NCBI GenBank assembly: GCA_038153405.1
Contig: JAYOYH010000014.1
Location: forward strand, 6,655-55,579
Source of the DNA: Gemmatimonadota bacterium
GTDB taxonomy: Bacteria > Latescibacterota > UBA2968 > UBA8231
Reading direction: 5' to 3'
Length of the DNA stretch: 48,925 bases
The stretch's first letter is position 1, and every line of letters starts with the position of its first letter. Shown in pieces: positions 38,117 through 47,087 of the stretch. Below the pieces are notes generated by a model. The model had not been told where the DNA came from, searched no databases, and worked only from the letters and a program-made list of their open reading frames with translations. A program made the translations under genes and the position numbers.

Positions 38117-38563
38117 CTATTGCCTGTGCTCAATGGCGACGCTGCGCTCTGCATCTCCCCGATATTCCAACTGCACTTCCACCCGCCTAGGCGGCAAGAG
38201 CTGCCCGGCGCGCTCGGCCCACTCCACCAAGCAGATGCCGTCGCCGTAAAAGTATTCCTCCGCACCCAGTGCATACAGCTCATCTTCTCCGCTCAGCCGA
38301 TACAGATCAAAGTGATAAATGGGCAGCGGCTGCTCAGCCCGCGTTCCGGCATATTCATTGATCAGGATAAACGTAGGGCTGGTGACGTAGTCACGCACGG
38401 CAAAGGCCTGGCATATGCCCTGTATCATGCAGGTCTTACCGCTGCCCAAGTCACCGCGAAAAGCCACCACGCTGCCCGGCCCCAGCGCCTCGCCCAAAGC
38501 GCGACCCAGCGCCTGCGTCTCGTCGGGAGAATGCGTAGAAAACGTGCCTCCTAGTACCTCCAT
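38117..38563 (-). CDS. tsaE: tRNA threonylcarbamoyladenosine biosynthesis ATPase TsaE
   Basis: GDLGSGKT, VTSPTF, YHFDLYRL and VEWAE. Confidence 0.97.
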   Translation of the reverse strand: MEVLGGTFSTHSPDETQALGRALGEALGPGSVVAFRGDLGSGKTCMIQGICQAFAVRDYVTSPTFILINEYAGTRAEQPLPIYHFDLYRLSGEDELYALGAEEYFYGDGICLVEWAERAGQLLPPRRVEVQLEYRGDAERSVAIEHRQ

Positions 38564-38564
38564 C

Positions 38565-40127
38565 CTACTTGGGCTCCATGATGGCTACGGGTAAGACCAT
38601 TTCCTGCATCGATATGCCGCCGTGTTGAAACGAGTCTTTGAACTGGCGCTGGTACTCATTGAAATTAGTCGGATAGACCAGATAAAAGTCTTCCTTGGCA
38701 ATGATGAAGTTAGCCCCCAAGCCGGCGCTGGGCAGACCGTAGCGCTCGGGTTGCTCAATGCGCAGGGCATCGCGCTCTTCACAGCGCAGATTGCGCCCGT
38801 ATTTGTAGCGCAAATTATTCGACGTATCGCGGTCGCCGTGCACCACGGTAGCGCGACTGCTCCGCACGGCGCCGTGATCGGTCGTCAACACGACGACGGC
38901 ATCGGTGCGCGCAACGCCCTTGAGCGTTTCAAAGAGCGAGGAGTGGCCGAACCAAGACTGCACCAAGTCGCGAAAGGCCTGCTCGTCTGGCGCCATCTCC
39001 TTGAGCAGTTCGGACTGGGCCCGTCCGTGTACGAGCATGTCGAGAAAGTTATATACTATGGATACCAAAGGCCACTTGCGCAGCGACGTTACTTTGCGAG
39101 TCAAGTTTTGCGCCTCGCTGGTATCGAGCACTTTAACGTAGTGCGACCCCGGATTGAGTGCGGTTCCCATATCGGCGATCTGGTCGTCGATAAACTGGTG
39201 TTCGTGGCGATTTAAACTATTCTCATTATCCTGCGCATTGCCCCACATATTGGGATATTTGGCGGCAATTTCAGCGGGGAACAAACCGCTGAATATGGCG
39301 TTGCGCGAATAGGGCGTGGCCGTCGGTAGAATCGAGTAATGGTAGGAACGCTTGATATTAAAATACTCGGCCAACTGCGGCTCCATGACCATCCAGTGAT
39401 CGAGTCGCAAACAGTCGACGACGATAAAGAACACCTGGCGCCCGGCCTCGATATAGGGCATGACAAATTCGGGCACCACGTCGACCGATAGCGGCGGCGA
39501 GTCTTCTTCGTCGTCAATCCACGTCGCGTAGTGGCGCTCGACAAAGCGCGCGAACTCCTGGTTGCACTCGCGCTGCTGGTCTTCGACCATCTGCTGCAAA
39601 CCCGGGTCGCCGAGTCGACCCACTTCGATATTCCATTCGCAGAGCTGGCGATAGACGTCGATCCAGGTCTTCCAGGTGGTTTCCCCGGAAAGTTGCTCGC
39701 GAATCTGCCCGGACTTCGACACGTAGTTCTGACCGGCCTGACTCTGGCGAATCTGGCGCGTATCGAGGATTCTTTTACAGGCCATAAAGATCTGGCTCGG
39801 ATTGACCGGCTTGGTCAAGTAATCGTCGATGCGCCGCCCGATGGCCTCGTTCATGAGGTGTTCTTCTTCGTTTTTGGTGATCATAATCACCGGCACATTG
39901 GGATCCACTTCTTTGATGCGCTCCAACGTCGATAGTCCGTCCAGACCGGGCATCATTTCGTCGAGTAAGACGATATCGAAGGGCCGCTGGCCAATGAGTT
40001 CTATGGCGTCCTTGCCGTTGTTTACCGGCGTAACCTCATAGCCCTTGTCTCCGAGAAAACGGTGGTGTGGCCGCAGCAATTCGATTTCGTCATCGGCCCA
40101 CAAAATCTGGCGTTTGTTGTCTTCCAT
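38565..40127 (-). CDS. porX: PorX-type response regulator (REC + PglZ/alkaline-phosphatase domain)
   Basis: ILWADDEIELL.PH, LDEMMPG, ITKNEEE, DCLRLD.W, SILPTAT.YSRNAIFSG, TTDHG, RYK.G.NL and FQHGGIS; adjacent to tsaE. Confidence 0.93.
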   Translation of the reverse strand: MEDNKRQILWADDEIELLRPHHRFLGDKGYEVTPVNNGKDAIELIGQRPFDIVLLDEMMPGLDGLSTLERIKEVDPNVPVIMITKNEEEHLMNEAIGRRIDDYLTKPVNPSQIFMACKRILDTRQIRQSQAGQNYVSKSGQIREQLSGETTWKTWIDVYRQLCEWNIEVGRLGDPGLQQMVEDQQRECNQEFARFVERHYATWIDDEEDSPPLSVDVVPEFVMPYIEAGRQVFFIVVDCLRLDHWMVMEPQLAEYFNIKRSYHYSILPTATPYSRNAIFSGLFPAEIAAKYPNMWGNAQDNENSLNRHEHQFIDDQIADMGTALNPGSHYVKVLDTSEAQNLTRKVTSLRKWPLVSIVYNFLDMLVHGRAQSELLKEMAPDEQAFRDLVQSWFGHSSLFETLKGVARTDAVVVLTTDHGAVRSSRATVVHGDRDTSNNLRYKYGRNLRCEERDALRIEQPERYGLPSAGLGANFIIAKEDFYLVYPTNFNEYQRQFKDSFQHGGISMQEMVLPVAIMEPK

Positions 40128-40197
40128 GTGTACGCTTTCTTTGATACATCTCGTTGGGATACGGGCTCAGTAGGTAAGTTGTTCCTAAAACGGTTCG

Positions 40198-42075
40198 CTA
40201 AGCGCCCGCGTTCCCCGCGCTGCCCATGGGCAGCACGATTTCAAAGGTCGTTCCTTCGCCGGGCACGCTCTGTACTACGCTAATACGACCCGCGTGGTAC
40301 TCCTCCACAATGCGCCGCACAAAGGCCAGCCCCAGGCCCCAACCGCGCTTTTTCGTGCTAAAGCCCGGCTCAAAGACGCGCTTTATGTTCTCTGGCTCAA
40401 TACCGCGGCCGTCGTCCTGAAAGGTGATCTGCACGACGCCGTCCTCGGGTATGGTCGCCAGATTGATCTGCATTTCGCCGGTTTTTCCATCCATCGCATC
40501 GATGGCATTCTTAAATAGATTCTCGAACGCCCAACTCATCAACTCCGCGTTAAGCGGAACGACCTGGGTCTCCTCTTGGCGCTCTACGCGAATTTCGTGG
40601 CGACCAAATTGCGGTCCGCGATGCCGGAAGTACTCAATCGTATCTTCCAATACCCGGCCGACGTCGGTTGGCACCAGTTCGGGAACCGAACCGATCTGAC
40701 TAAACCGCGAAGCTATCTGGTTGAGGTGGCGCATATCTTCGTCCATCTCACCGATCATCTGCTCTATGCGCTGCAGCCGTTCACCGCGCTGGTCAGGTGG
40801 TAGGGCATCGACTTCGTTTCGCATCAATTCCAACCAGCCGGCCAGTGAAGACAGCGGCGTTCCCAACTGGTGTGCTGTCTCCTTGGCCATGCCGACCCAT
40901 ATAGAGCGCTGCTCGCTGCGCTTTATATTGCGATAGCCGATATAGCCGACCAACAAAAAGAGAAAGAGCACGCCGATCTGTATGATGGGTGCCACCGATA
41001 TCCGGTTGACCAAGTCGGAACTGCCATAGTGTATGTAGTGCTCGGAGGGAATGTAAAAAGGCAGCGGATCGCCGTTCTGAGTCATGGTATTGAGGTGCTG
41101 TTGCACCGCGATTCGCGTCGCCTCATCAAGCTGGTCCTCTGGCGGCAGTCCGCGTCCGCGCCAGGCAACGACGCGCCCCCGGCCATCGGTAATTACCGCC
41201 TGTGTGCCATCGTAATACAGGTAGCTAAAGCCCTCGGCCGGCACGGCAAAGCGCAGCGGTTGGCGACGGGCCATCTGCTCTAGCGAAAGGCGGGCCTGAA
41301 TCATGGCCGCCGCCGTGGTATCCGTCTCAGCGGGTAACCCCTCGCCGCGCCATCTGAGTATATCGCCTCGAATATCGGTCAGCACGGCGCGACCCTTGTC
41401 CAGATAGAGCAGGCCGTGCGTTTCGGCGGACCAGTAAAATTTTATCGGCGCGTTTTCGGCATCCATTTTGCGCAGCAGACGGTGCAAAATCTCCCCCTGC
41501 ACGCTGTCTTCTTGAGCCGCCGATTCTTGACGGCTGCGCCAAAACGCAAGCGAAGCCCAAATGCCGCTGCGCTCTTCGCTGACCATGTTGCCCAAGCCGC
41601 GCTTCTCGATGATTTCACCGCGAAAATTGGTGATAATACAGGGGAAGTCGACCTGCGGATTGTTGATGACCTGAGTGAATATGGTCATCGTCTGTTCCTG
41701 CGTCGCCAACGGAGCAAAGGAAATCAACCGCGCGTAGAGGTCGACGCGATTCTTTTCCTGTTCGCGCAGTTCGCTAGTCAGCGATTCGTTGTAGAGCAGA
41801 AAGGCGAGAATGGCCACGATACTGCCGAGAAATATATAGGCGCGAAAGATCGGGGAAATACCGAGGGAAGAGAGGGCTTCACGCGGCCAGATGCGCCAGC
41901 GTCCGGCCGCAGTCGGCGGCGCTACAGGCTGCGCACTAGTTACGACCTCGACGGGCGCACGTCCTCTACGGCGGCGGCGTTTGGACGCAGGTTCGGCGAT
42001 ATCTCTTTCCATCATCTCTTCCATAGGTGCGCCCGTGTAGAGTCTCTCCTTCACTCCATGTCGGGAGTCGGCCAA
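40198..42075 (-). CDS. Membrane sensor histidine kinase with a triplicated periplasmic module
   Basis: Two TM helices; H-box WVGMAKETAHQLGTPLSSL; N box ENLFKNAIDA; DDGRGI; FEPGFSTKKRGWGLGL. Start is TTG 42075 or ATG 42024. Confidence 0.93.
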   Translation of the reverse strand: MADSRHGVKERLYTGAPMEEMMERDIAEPASKRRRRRGRAPVEVVTSAQPVAPPTAAGRWRIWPREALSSLGISPIFRAYIFLGSIVAILAFLLYNESLTSELREQEKNRVDLYARLISFAPLATQEQTMTIFTQVINNPQVDFPCIITNFRGEIIEKRGLGNMVSEERSGIWASLAFWRSRQESAAQEDSVQGEILHRLLRKMDAENAPIKFYWSAETHGLLYLDKGRAVLTDIRGDILRWRGEGLPAETDTTAAAMIQARLSLEQMARRQPLRFAVPAEGFSYLYYDGTQAVITDGRGRVVAWRGRGLPPEDQLDEATRIAVQQHLNTMTQNGDPLPFYIPSEHYIHYGSSDLVNRISVAPIIQIGVLFLFLLVGYIGYRNIKRSEQRSIWVGMAKETAHQLGTPLSSLAGWLELMRNEVDALPPDQRGERLQRIEQMIGEMDEDMRHLNQIASRFSQIGSVPELVPTDVGRVLEDTIEYFRHRGPQFGRHEIRVERQEETQVVPLNAELMSWAFENLFKNAIDAMDGKTGEMQINLATIPEDGVVQITFQDDGRGIEPENIKRVFEPGFSTKKRGWGLGLAFVRRIVEEYHAGRISVVQSVPGEGTTFEIVLPMGSAGNAGA

Positions 42076-42144
42076 TCCCGTATATTAATTAAGCTATCGC
42101 ACTGCATTTTGTCACTCGCTTAGAAGGCGACTGCGCTGAGCTAT

Positions 42145-43086
42145 ATGCCCCTACCCACGCTCATTCACCTGCTGTTAACAACCGCCCTCCTCGCACCCAT
42201 AGCAGCGCGTGGTGCAGACCACATACCCGCACCCGTGCGCGAGGCCGGCATACGCCTCGACCGCCTCGCCCTAGTCGGCAGCAGCGCGCTCGCCGTTCGC
42301 TACCTGGGATTCAGATACTTTGATCGCGCCTGGTATCAGGGACAAAAGACGGACCGCATTCGCTGGATATACGATTGGGGGGGCGACACCTATGTAAATC
42401 TAGACAAGGGCGGACACTTTATGGGCGGTGCCTTTATGGCGCAGACGCTCAGTGAGGCTTATGCCTGGACCGGATTCGGCCCGCGCACGGCCGCCGCGCT
42501 GGGAACGGCCACCAGTTGGGCAGCCCTGCTCGAGATAGAAATGCGCGATGCCCACTTTGACCAGTGGGGATTCAGCGTGCCCGATTTTCTAGCCAATACG
42601 CTGGGCGCAAGCCTGCCGCTACTGCACGCCTTTTTTCCCCGCAGCCGCGCCGTGCAGTTTAAGTTTAGCTACCATCCTTCACGCCTGTATATAGATCGGG
42701 GCGAACGCGCGGCCACAGACCGCCCTCACGTGCAGCACCTAATCGACGATTACGAGGGTATGGCGTTCTGGCTGAGCTTCCCCATCGACCCGCTGCTGCG
42801 CCGGCACGCGCAGCAAAGCCAGTCCGACTGGATTCGGCTAGCCGTTGGCTATGGCGCCACGGGCCTACACGGCAGCAATGCAAAAAGCCGCGGTCGCTTC
42901 AGGCTCTATCCGGATCGCCCGGAAGCGCAGCCGGAGCTCTTTCTGGCGCTGGACTACGACGTGCGCGCCCTGCCGGGTGACGGCCTCCTATGGCGCTATT
43001 TCAAGCGCCAGCTCAACTGGCTGCACTGGCCGGCACCTGCCGTGCGCATCTATCCCGACCTGCGATTGTACTTGCTGTTTATGTGA
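42145..43086 (+). CDS. DUF2279/YfiM family exported protein
   Basis: Signal peptide; DKGGHF, IE..DA...WGFS..D..AN.LG, KFSY, DDYEG..FWLS and LAVGYG. Confidence 0.82.
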   Translation: MPLPTLIHLLLTTALLAPIAARGADHIPAPVREAGIRLDRLALVGSSALAVRYLGFRYFDRAWYQGQKTDRIRWIYDWGGDTYVNLDKGGHFMGGAFMAQTLSEAYAWTGFGPRTAAALGTATSWAALLEIEMRDAHFDQWGFSVPDFLANTLGASLPLLHAFFPRSRAVQFKFSYHPSRLYIDRGERAATDRPHVQHLIDDYEGMAFWLSFPIDPLLRRHAQQSQSDWIRLAVGYGATGLHGSNAKSRGRFRLYPDRPEAQPELFLALDYDVRALPGDGLLWRYFKRQLNWLHWPAPAVRIYPDLRLYLLFM

Positions 43087-43094
43087 CGGCCCGC

Positions 43095-43922
43095 CTATTG
43101 CAGCAGCGAGAGTAGGCGACTGATGTCGGCGTCGGCTTCTCTGGCTATATTCGTCGCCGTCTGCGAGAGAATCTGCGAGCGCGTGAGGTTGGATACCGCC
43201 CGCGCGACGTCGACGTCGCGCACGCTAGACTCGGCGTCCTGCATGCGTTCGACAATACTGGCTGTCGTTTCTGCGCTCATCTGCAGGCGATTTTGAAAAG
43301 CGGCGATGCGATTGCGCTGGTCGAGCACCTTAAGGTGCGCTTCATCCAGCAGGTCGACGGCCTTTTGCGCGCCGCCTACAACATCGATGGTAACCGGCGC
43401 TAAATTTAGCTTGGCACCCGATGCGCGCATATCTCCAAACTCTATGTGCGATACATCGTTGCCCGTTTCCGTGGGACCGGCCTGAATAGCCAGCTGGCGT
43501 TCGTTGTCCAACAGCGGCATGCCGTTGTATACCGTAAATTCCGCAATGCGATCTACTTCGTTTTTTATCTGCTGGAATTCGTTATTGGCCAAGCGGCGGT
43601 TGTCGTCATTGTAGGTCATCGAACTGGACTGCACGGCCAGCTCGCGCATGCGCCGCACCATATCGGATATCTGCGAAAGTGCACCTTCAGCCACCTGCAG
43701 CATGTGGACGCTGTGCTGCACGTTGCGACCGCCCTCTTGCAGGGCCCGCGTCTCCGCTTCAATGCCGTTGGCCAATGCCAAGTTGGCCGCGTCATCGCTC
43801 GATCGATTGACCCGATGCCCGGAAGCAATCTGCCCCATCTGGCGATTGGCATTCTCAAAATGCACGTTGAGATTGCGATGCATGCTCTGCAAATGAGCAT
43901 TGTGATTTATGCGCGCTGGCAT
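43095..43922 (-). CDS. fliC: Flagellin (minimal D0/D1 only, divergent)
   Basis: RINHN, SG.RVN..SDDAA, QVAEGAL, RMRELAVQ, QNRL, RDVD.A and LLSLL. Confidence 0.88.
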   Translation of the reverse strand: MPARINHNAHLQSMHRNLNVHFENANRQMGQIASGHRVNRSSDDAANLALANGIEAETRALQEGGRNVQHSVHMLQVAEGALSQISDMVRRMRELAVQSSSMTYNDDNRRLANNEFQQIKNEVDRIAEFTVYNGMPLLDNERQLAIQAGPTETGNDVSHIEFGDMRASGAKLNLAPVTIDVVGGAQKAVDLLDEAHLKVLDQRNRIAAFQNRLQMSAETTASIVERMQDAESSVRDVDVARAVSNLTRSQILSQTATNIAREADADISRLLSLLQ

Positions 43923-43964
43923 AGCTGACCTCTCCAGTGTAGAGGAAGGACTCCCCGCCTCGAA

Positions 43965-43980
43965 AGCAAAGGCTATACCA
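43965..43980 (-). promoter_or_regulatory. sigma54 -24/-12 promoter TGGTATA-N4-TTGCT for the flagellin
   Basis: GG-N10-GC spacing is exact and it closely matches TGGCACG-N4-TTGCW. Confidence 0.65.
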
Positions 43981-44030
43981 GCAAAGCTACTTACTGCATC
44001 TGACTATTTTTGTTGAACTTGTACTGAAAC

Positions 44031-44065
44031 AAAAAAACCATCCCGCGCAAAGGGGATGGTTTTTT
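44031..44065. terminator. Intrinsic terminator after the bactofilin gene (symmetrical A/T tracts)
   Basis: A7-CCATCCC/GGGATGG-T6. Confidence 0.85.
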
Positions 44066-44086
44066 CTCATGGGTGGGAAATTTTTT

Positions 44087-44518
44087 TCAGTTTTCAGCCA
44101 CTTCGCTGGCAAGCGCCTGTTCCGGCTTGACCGCCAGGCCCTTGTGTCCGTTGCCAGTCTTTTCGTCGTGATCCATCACGCAACTACCGTGCAAGACGGC
44201 TCCTTCAGCCACCGACAGCGCTTTGGTGTACAGGTCGCCGACGAAATGCGCCTGGCTGTCCAATCGCACCTTTTCGGCGTGCACCGTACCGCGCACGACG
44301 CCATTGATGTAGATATCCTTGCCTTCCAAATGGGCGTGCGTCTCGCCGGACTGACTGATGGTGAGCGCGCCGGAACAGCTGAGTTCGCCTTTGAACACGC
44401 CGTCAATGCGCACGCTATTGTCGACCTTCATCGTGCCCTCAAATACCGTACCACGCCCTATGATGGTGTTCAGCGTCTGGCCGCCCGCTACCGCTCCATT
44501 GTCTTTCTTACCCAACAT
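44087..44518 (-). CDS. Bactofilin (polymer-forming cytoskeletal protein, DUF583)
   Basis: TIIGRGTVFEG, RIDG.FKG, INGVVRGTV, GDL....L.V.EGA...G.C.M. Confidence 0.92.
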   Translation of the reverse strand: MLGKKDNGAVAGGQTLNTIIGRGTVFEGTMKVDNSVRIDGVFKGELSCSGALTISQSGETHAHLEGKDIYINGVVRGTVHAEKVRLDSQAHFVGDLYTKALSVAEGAVLHGSCVMDHDEKTGNGHKGLAVKPEQALASEVAEN

Positions 44519-44583
44519 TTCTCTATCCTGAATATCACCTATTATTGCTTCATTCCCTTTGCGCCCTGCGCAAGCGAACGCTC

Positions 44584-44612
44584 AATATAGGCCTGTGCTC
44601 TGAGCGATGCAA
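44584..44612 (-). promoter_or_regulatory. sigma70-type promoter TTGCAT-N17-TATATT
   Basis: 17-nt spacer, upstream of the bactofilin gene. Confidence 0.55.
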
Positions 44613-44628
44613 CACAAATTCGCCGCTC

Positions 44629-45813
44629 TTAACCGTCTTTGTTGGCCTTGTTCTTTACACCGGCCTGTAGCAGCTGGCGCACCTCCGCGTGGTCAGCCAA
44701 CTGCTCGTTGACTATCATCGCAGCCGTCGACACGAAATTTTCTGCCGACGAATTGGAGATAACGGGCAGGCCTGCCCGCCTGTAGCACTCCATCATATGA
44801 TCCTGAATCCTAAAAATTTCCTTCATATGTGCCAGATAGCGATGCTTGGAGCGCGATGGAGCCTGTTGAGCGCGGCGCGCAAAGCGCTTTTCGTACTCTT
44901 TTTCGTCGGTTAAACCGATGCACAGCGGCGCAACAAAGGCCGTGCGCGCATAGCGCGACAGCTGGAGGAAATCCGGCAATAGGTGCACACCGTCGATCAC
45001 GACGCTGATATTCTCTTCCAAGCAGCGACCGATGATGGCATCGACCCCGACGCATATCGTGCGCGCCTGTTCGCGATATCCGGCGACGACAGGGTCGTCG
45101 CTCAGCGAGGGGTCAGGCAACCGCTCCCACGCGTTATACGTCGAAGTGTGCAGCGTCGGCATGAGCTCTTTGGTCAGGGTCAGGCGCATCATCTGGCGGA
45201 TGTCATCGGTAGCCACTACGCGGGCGATATCGAGCAGGTTGGCCAAAGCCACCGCCAGCGTAGTCTTGCCGGCACCGCTGGGACCGCCGATCAATATGAT
45301 GAGCGGTTTCTCCGAGTCGCTCCACGCGCGCCAAACCCGATAGCGCTCGGCGTAGTCTTCACCGTGTTCTCCGCTCAGCAAATCGGCCGTCATCCGCATC
45401 AATTCGCGGTGGCCGATCTCTTCGCGCCGGAGATCGATAACCTTGTTCTCTATCTGGCTGGCAATGCCATAGGCCAAGTCGGGTGCCAAACCCGTTACTT
45501 CGAGTGAACGGGCGAGCAAACCCTTGGAAAAGGGATGCGCGCCGTTCTCTCGCACTACGGTAATCCGCGTGACCTGACGCTGCCAAAAGACGAGATCGCC
45601 CGGCGAAGCGCTGTCGGAGCGCTCGCTGATAATCTCTTCTACGAGGCGCACCATCTCTTTCTTGCGCACGTCACTCTGCTTGCCCAAGCGCTCGCGCACC
45701 GCATTGGCAATATCGCGTGCTTCTTCGTGGGCAAACCCGCGCTGAATAAGGTAGTGCACCAGCATTCCGCGCATAAAGGGAATGCGGCTCTTGCCGTCTA
45801 CTATGGTCGCCAT
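44629..45813 (-). CDS. 2-phosphoglycerate kinase-like P-loop kinase with two N-terminal ATP-cone-like domains
   Basis: PFMRGML and PFSKGLLARSL cone starts; PLIILIGGPSGAGKTT, TDDIRQMMR, LHTSTY.AW and IDGVHL.P. Confidence 0.85.
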   Translation of the reverse strand: MATIVDGKSRIPFMRGMLVHYLIQRGFAHEEARDIANAVRERLGKQSDVRKKEMVRLVEEIISERSDSASPGDLVFWQRQVTRITVVRENGAHPFSKGLLARSLEVTGLAPDLAYGIASQIENKVIDLRREEIGHRELMRMTADLLSGEHGEDYAERYRVWRAWSDSEKPLIILIGGPSGAGKTTLAVALANLLDIARVVATDDIRQMMRLTLTKELMPTLHTSTYNAWERLPDPSLSDDPVVAGYREQARTICVGVDAIIGRCLEENISVVIDGVHLLPDFLQLSRYARTAFVAPLCIGLTDEKEYEKRFARRAQQAPSRSKHRYLAHMKEIFRIQDHMMECYRRAGLPVISNSSAENFVSTAAMIVNEQLADHAEVRQLLQAGVKNKANKDG

Positions 45814-45894
45814 CTATAGGAACTTTCCACGTCGCCCTTCTCCAATACGCGCATTGATCCCAATATCGAGCTATTGATACCAATCGGCAAGCGC

Positions 45895-46839
45895 CTATGG
45901 CGATGCTGTAGCATCGCGCATCCATGCGATGACATCGCTCAGTCCATCCTGCAGCGACGTCGCCGGTATATAGCCCAAATCGCGGCGTGCACGACCTATA
46001 TCGGCCAGCGAATCGCGCACGTCGCCCGAGCGCGCATCGGCAAAGTCCGCGTTGATATCCGAAGCCAGCACGCGATTGAGTGCGCCTAGCACATCCAACA
46101 GGCTCGAGCTAAATCCACTGCCGATATTGTAAATTTGCCCTTGCGCGCGCTCGACTTGGCAGGCCAGCATATTGGCCGCGACGACGTCGCGCACATAGAC
46201 GAAGTCGCGCGTCTGCAGTCCGTTGCCAAAGATGACGGGCGACCGACCGTTCAACATCTGCCGCGCAAAGATCGAGATCACACCAGAATAGGGCGAAGCC
46301 GGATCTTGGCGCGGTCCGTAGACATTGAAGTAGCGCAGACAAACAGTCTGCAGTCCGTGCAGGCTGCTGTACACGCGGCAGTAGTGCTCGCCGGCCAGTT
46401 TCGAAATGGCATAGGGCGATTCGGGCGTCGGCACCATATCTTCGCGCTTGGGCACGCGCGGATCGTTGCCATAAGCGGCGGCCGAAGCGGCAAAGACGAA
46501 GCGGCGCACGCCCGCCTTGCGCGCTGCCTCGAGCAGGCGCAGCGTGCCCACGGCGTTGGTCTGTTGTTCCAACAGCGGCTGCTCGACGGAGGTCTGCACC
46601 GATGCTACAGCGGCGTGATGCAGTATGCAGTCTATGTCCTTGACGCCGCACTGCAGCGCGTCTTCATCGCATAGATCCGCCTCGATAAAATCAATATCGG
46701 CGGCAATATCGGCCAGATTTTCGCGCCTTCCAGAGGACAGATTGTCCAGCACGCGCACGGCATTGCCGTCCTGCAAGAGCCTTCTGCACAAATGAGACCC
46801 AATAAATCCGCTGCCGCCCGTGACCAGGAAATGCTCCAT
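45895..46839 (-). CDS. NAD-dependent nucleotide-sugar epimerase/dehydratase (GalE/WbpP-like)
   Basis: VTGGSGFIGS, SPYAISK, LRYFNVYGPRQDP.SPYSGVI and QTRDF. Confidence 0.93.
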   Translation of the reverse strand: MEHFLVTGGSGFIGSHLCRRLLQDGNAVRVLDNLSSGRRENLADIAADIDFIEADLCDEDALQCGVKDIDCILHHAAVASVQTSVEQPLLEQQTNAVGTLRLLEAARKAGVRRFVFAASAAAYGNDPRVPKREDMVPTPESPYAISKLAGEHYCRVYSSLHGLQTVCLRYFNVYGPRQDPASPYSGVISIFARQMLNGRSPVIFGNGLQTRDFVYVRDVVAANMLACQVERAQGQIYNIGSGFSSSLLDVLGALNRVLASDINADFADARSGDVRDSLADIGRARRDLGYIPATSLQDGLSDVIAWMRDATASP

Positions 46840-46969
46840 CTACCAACCTCCCGCATCTTGTTCTGCGCGTTGTATATCGGCCGCTGAATATAATTTATCG
46901 CCGCAGGTCACTCAACGATTGCACGAGAAAAAAAGGGCGTATATGCCTAAAAATAAACGTATTATGCGT

Positions 46970-46998
46970 TTGACATTTTTCTTGCATACCGTTACAAT
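46970..46998 (+). promoter_or_regulatory. Near-consensus sigma70 promoter TTGACA-N17-TACAAT with an AT-rich upstream tract
   Basis: 6/6 -35, 5/6 -10 and a 17-nt spacer. Confidence 0.75.
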
Positions 46999-47004
46999 TG
47001 GGAC

Positions 47005-47059
47005 AGCTCACACGAGGCGGTGTGGGGGGCCATGGCGCGCAAGTGCTGTGGCCTTTTGT
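47005..47059 (+). ncRNA. Candidate ~55-nt small RNA (hairpin + intrinsic terminator)
   Basis: CUCACAC/GUGUGGG hairpin, then an 11-bp GGCCAUGGCGC-GCAA-GUGCUGUGGCC stem with UUUUGU, directly after a strong promoter. Confidence 0.5.
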
Positions 47060-47087
47060 CGTACATAGCCCGCTGTAGGCAGCGCAT

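Noticed and set aside
38565..40127. PglZ domain as a sign of BREX phage defence
   Set aside because: The REC-PglZ architecture next to tsaE is PorX, and no brx/pglX genes are present.
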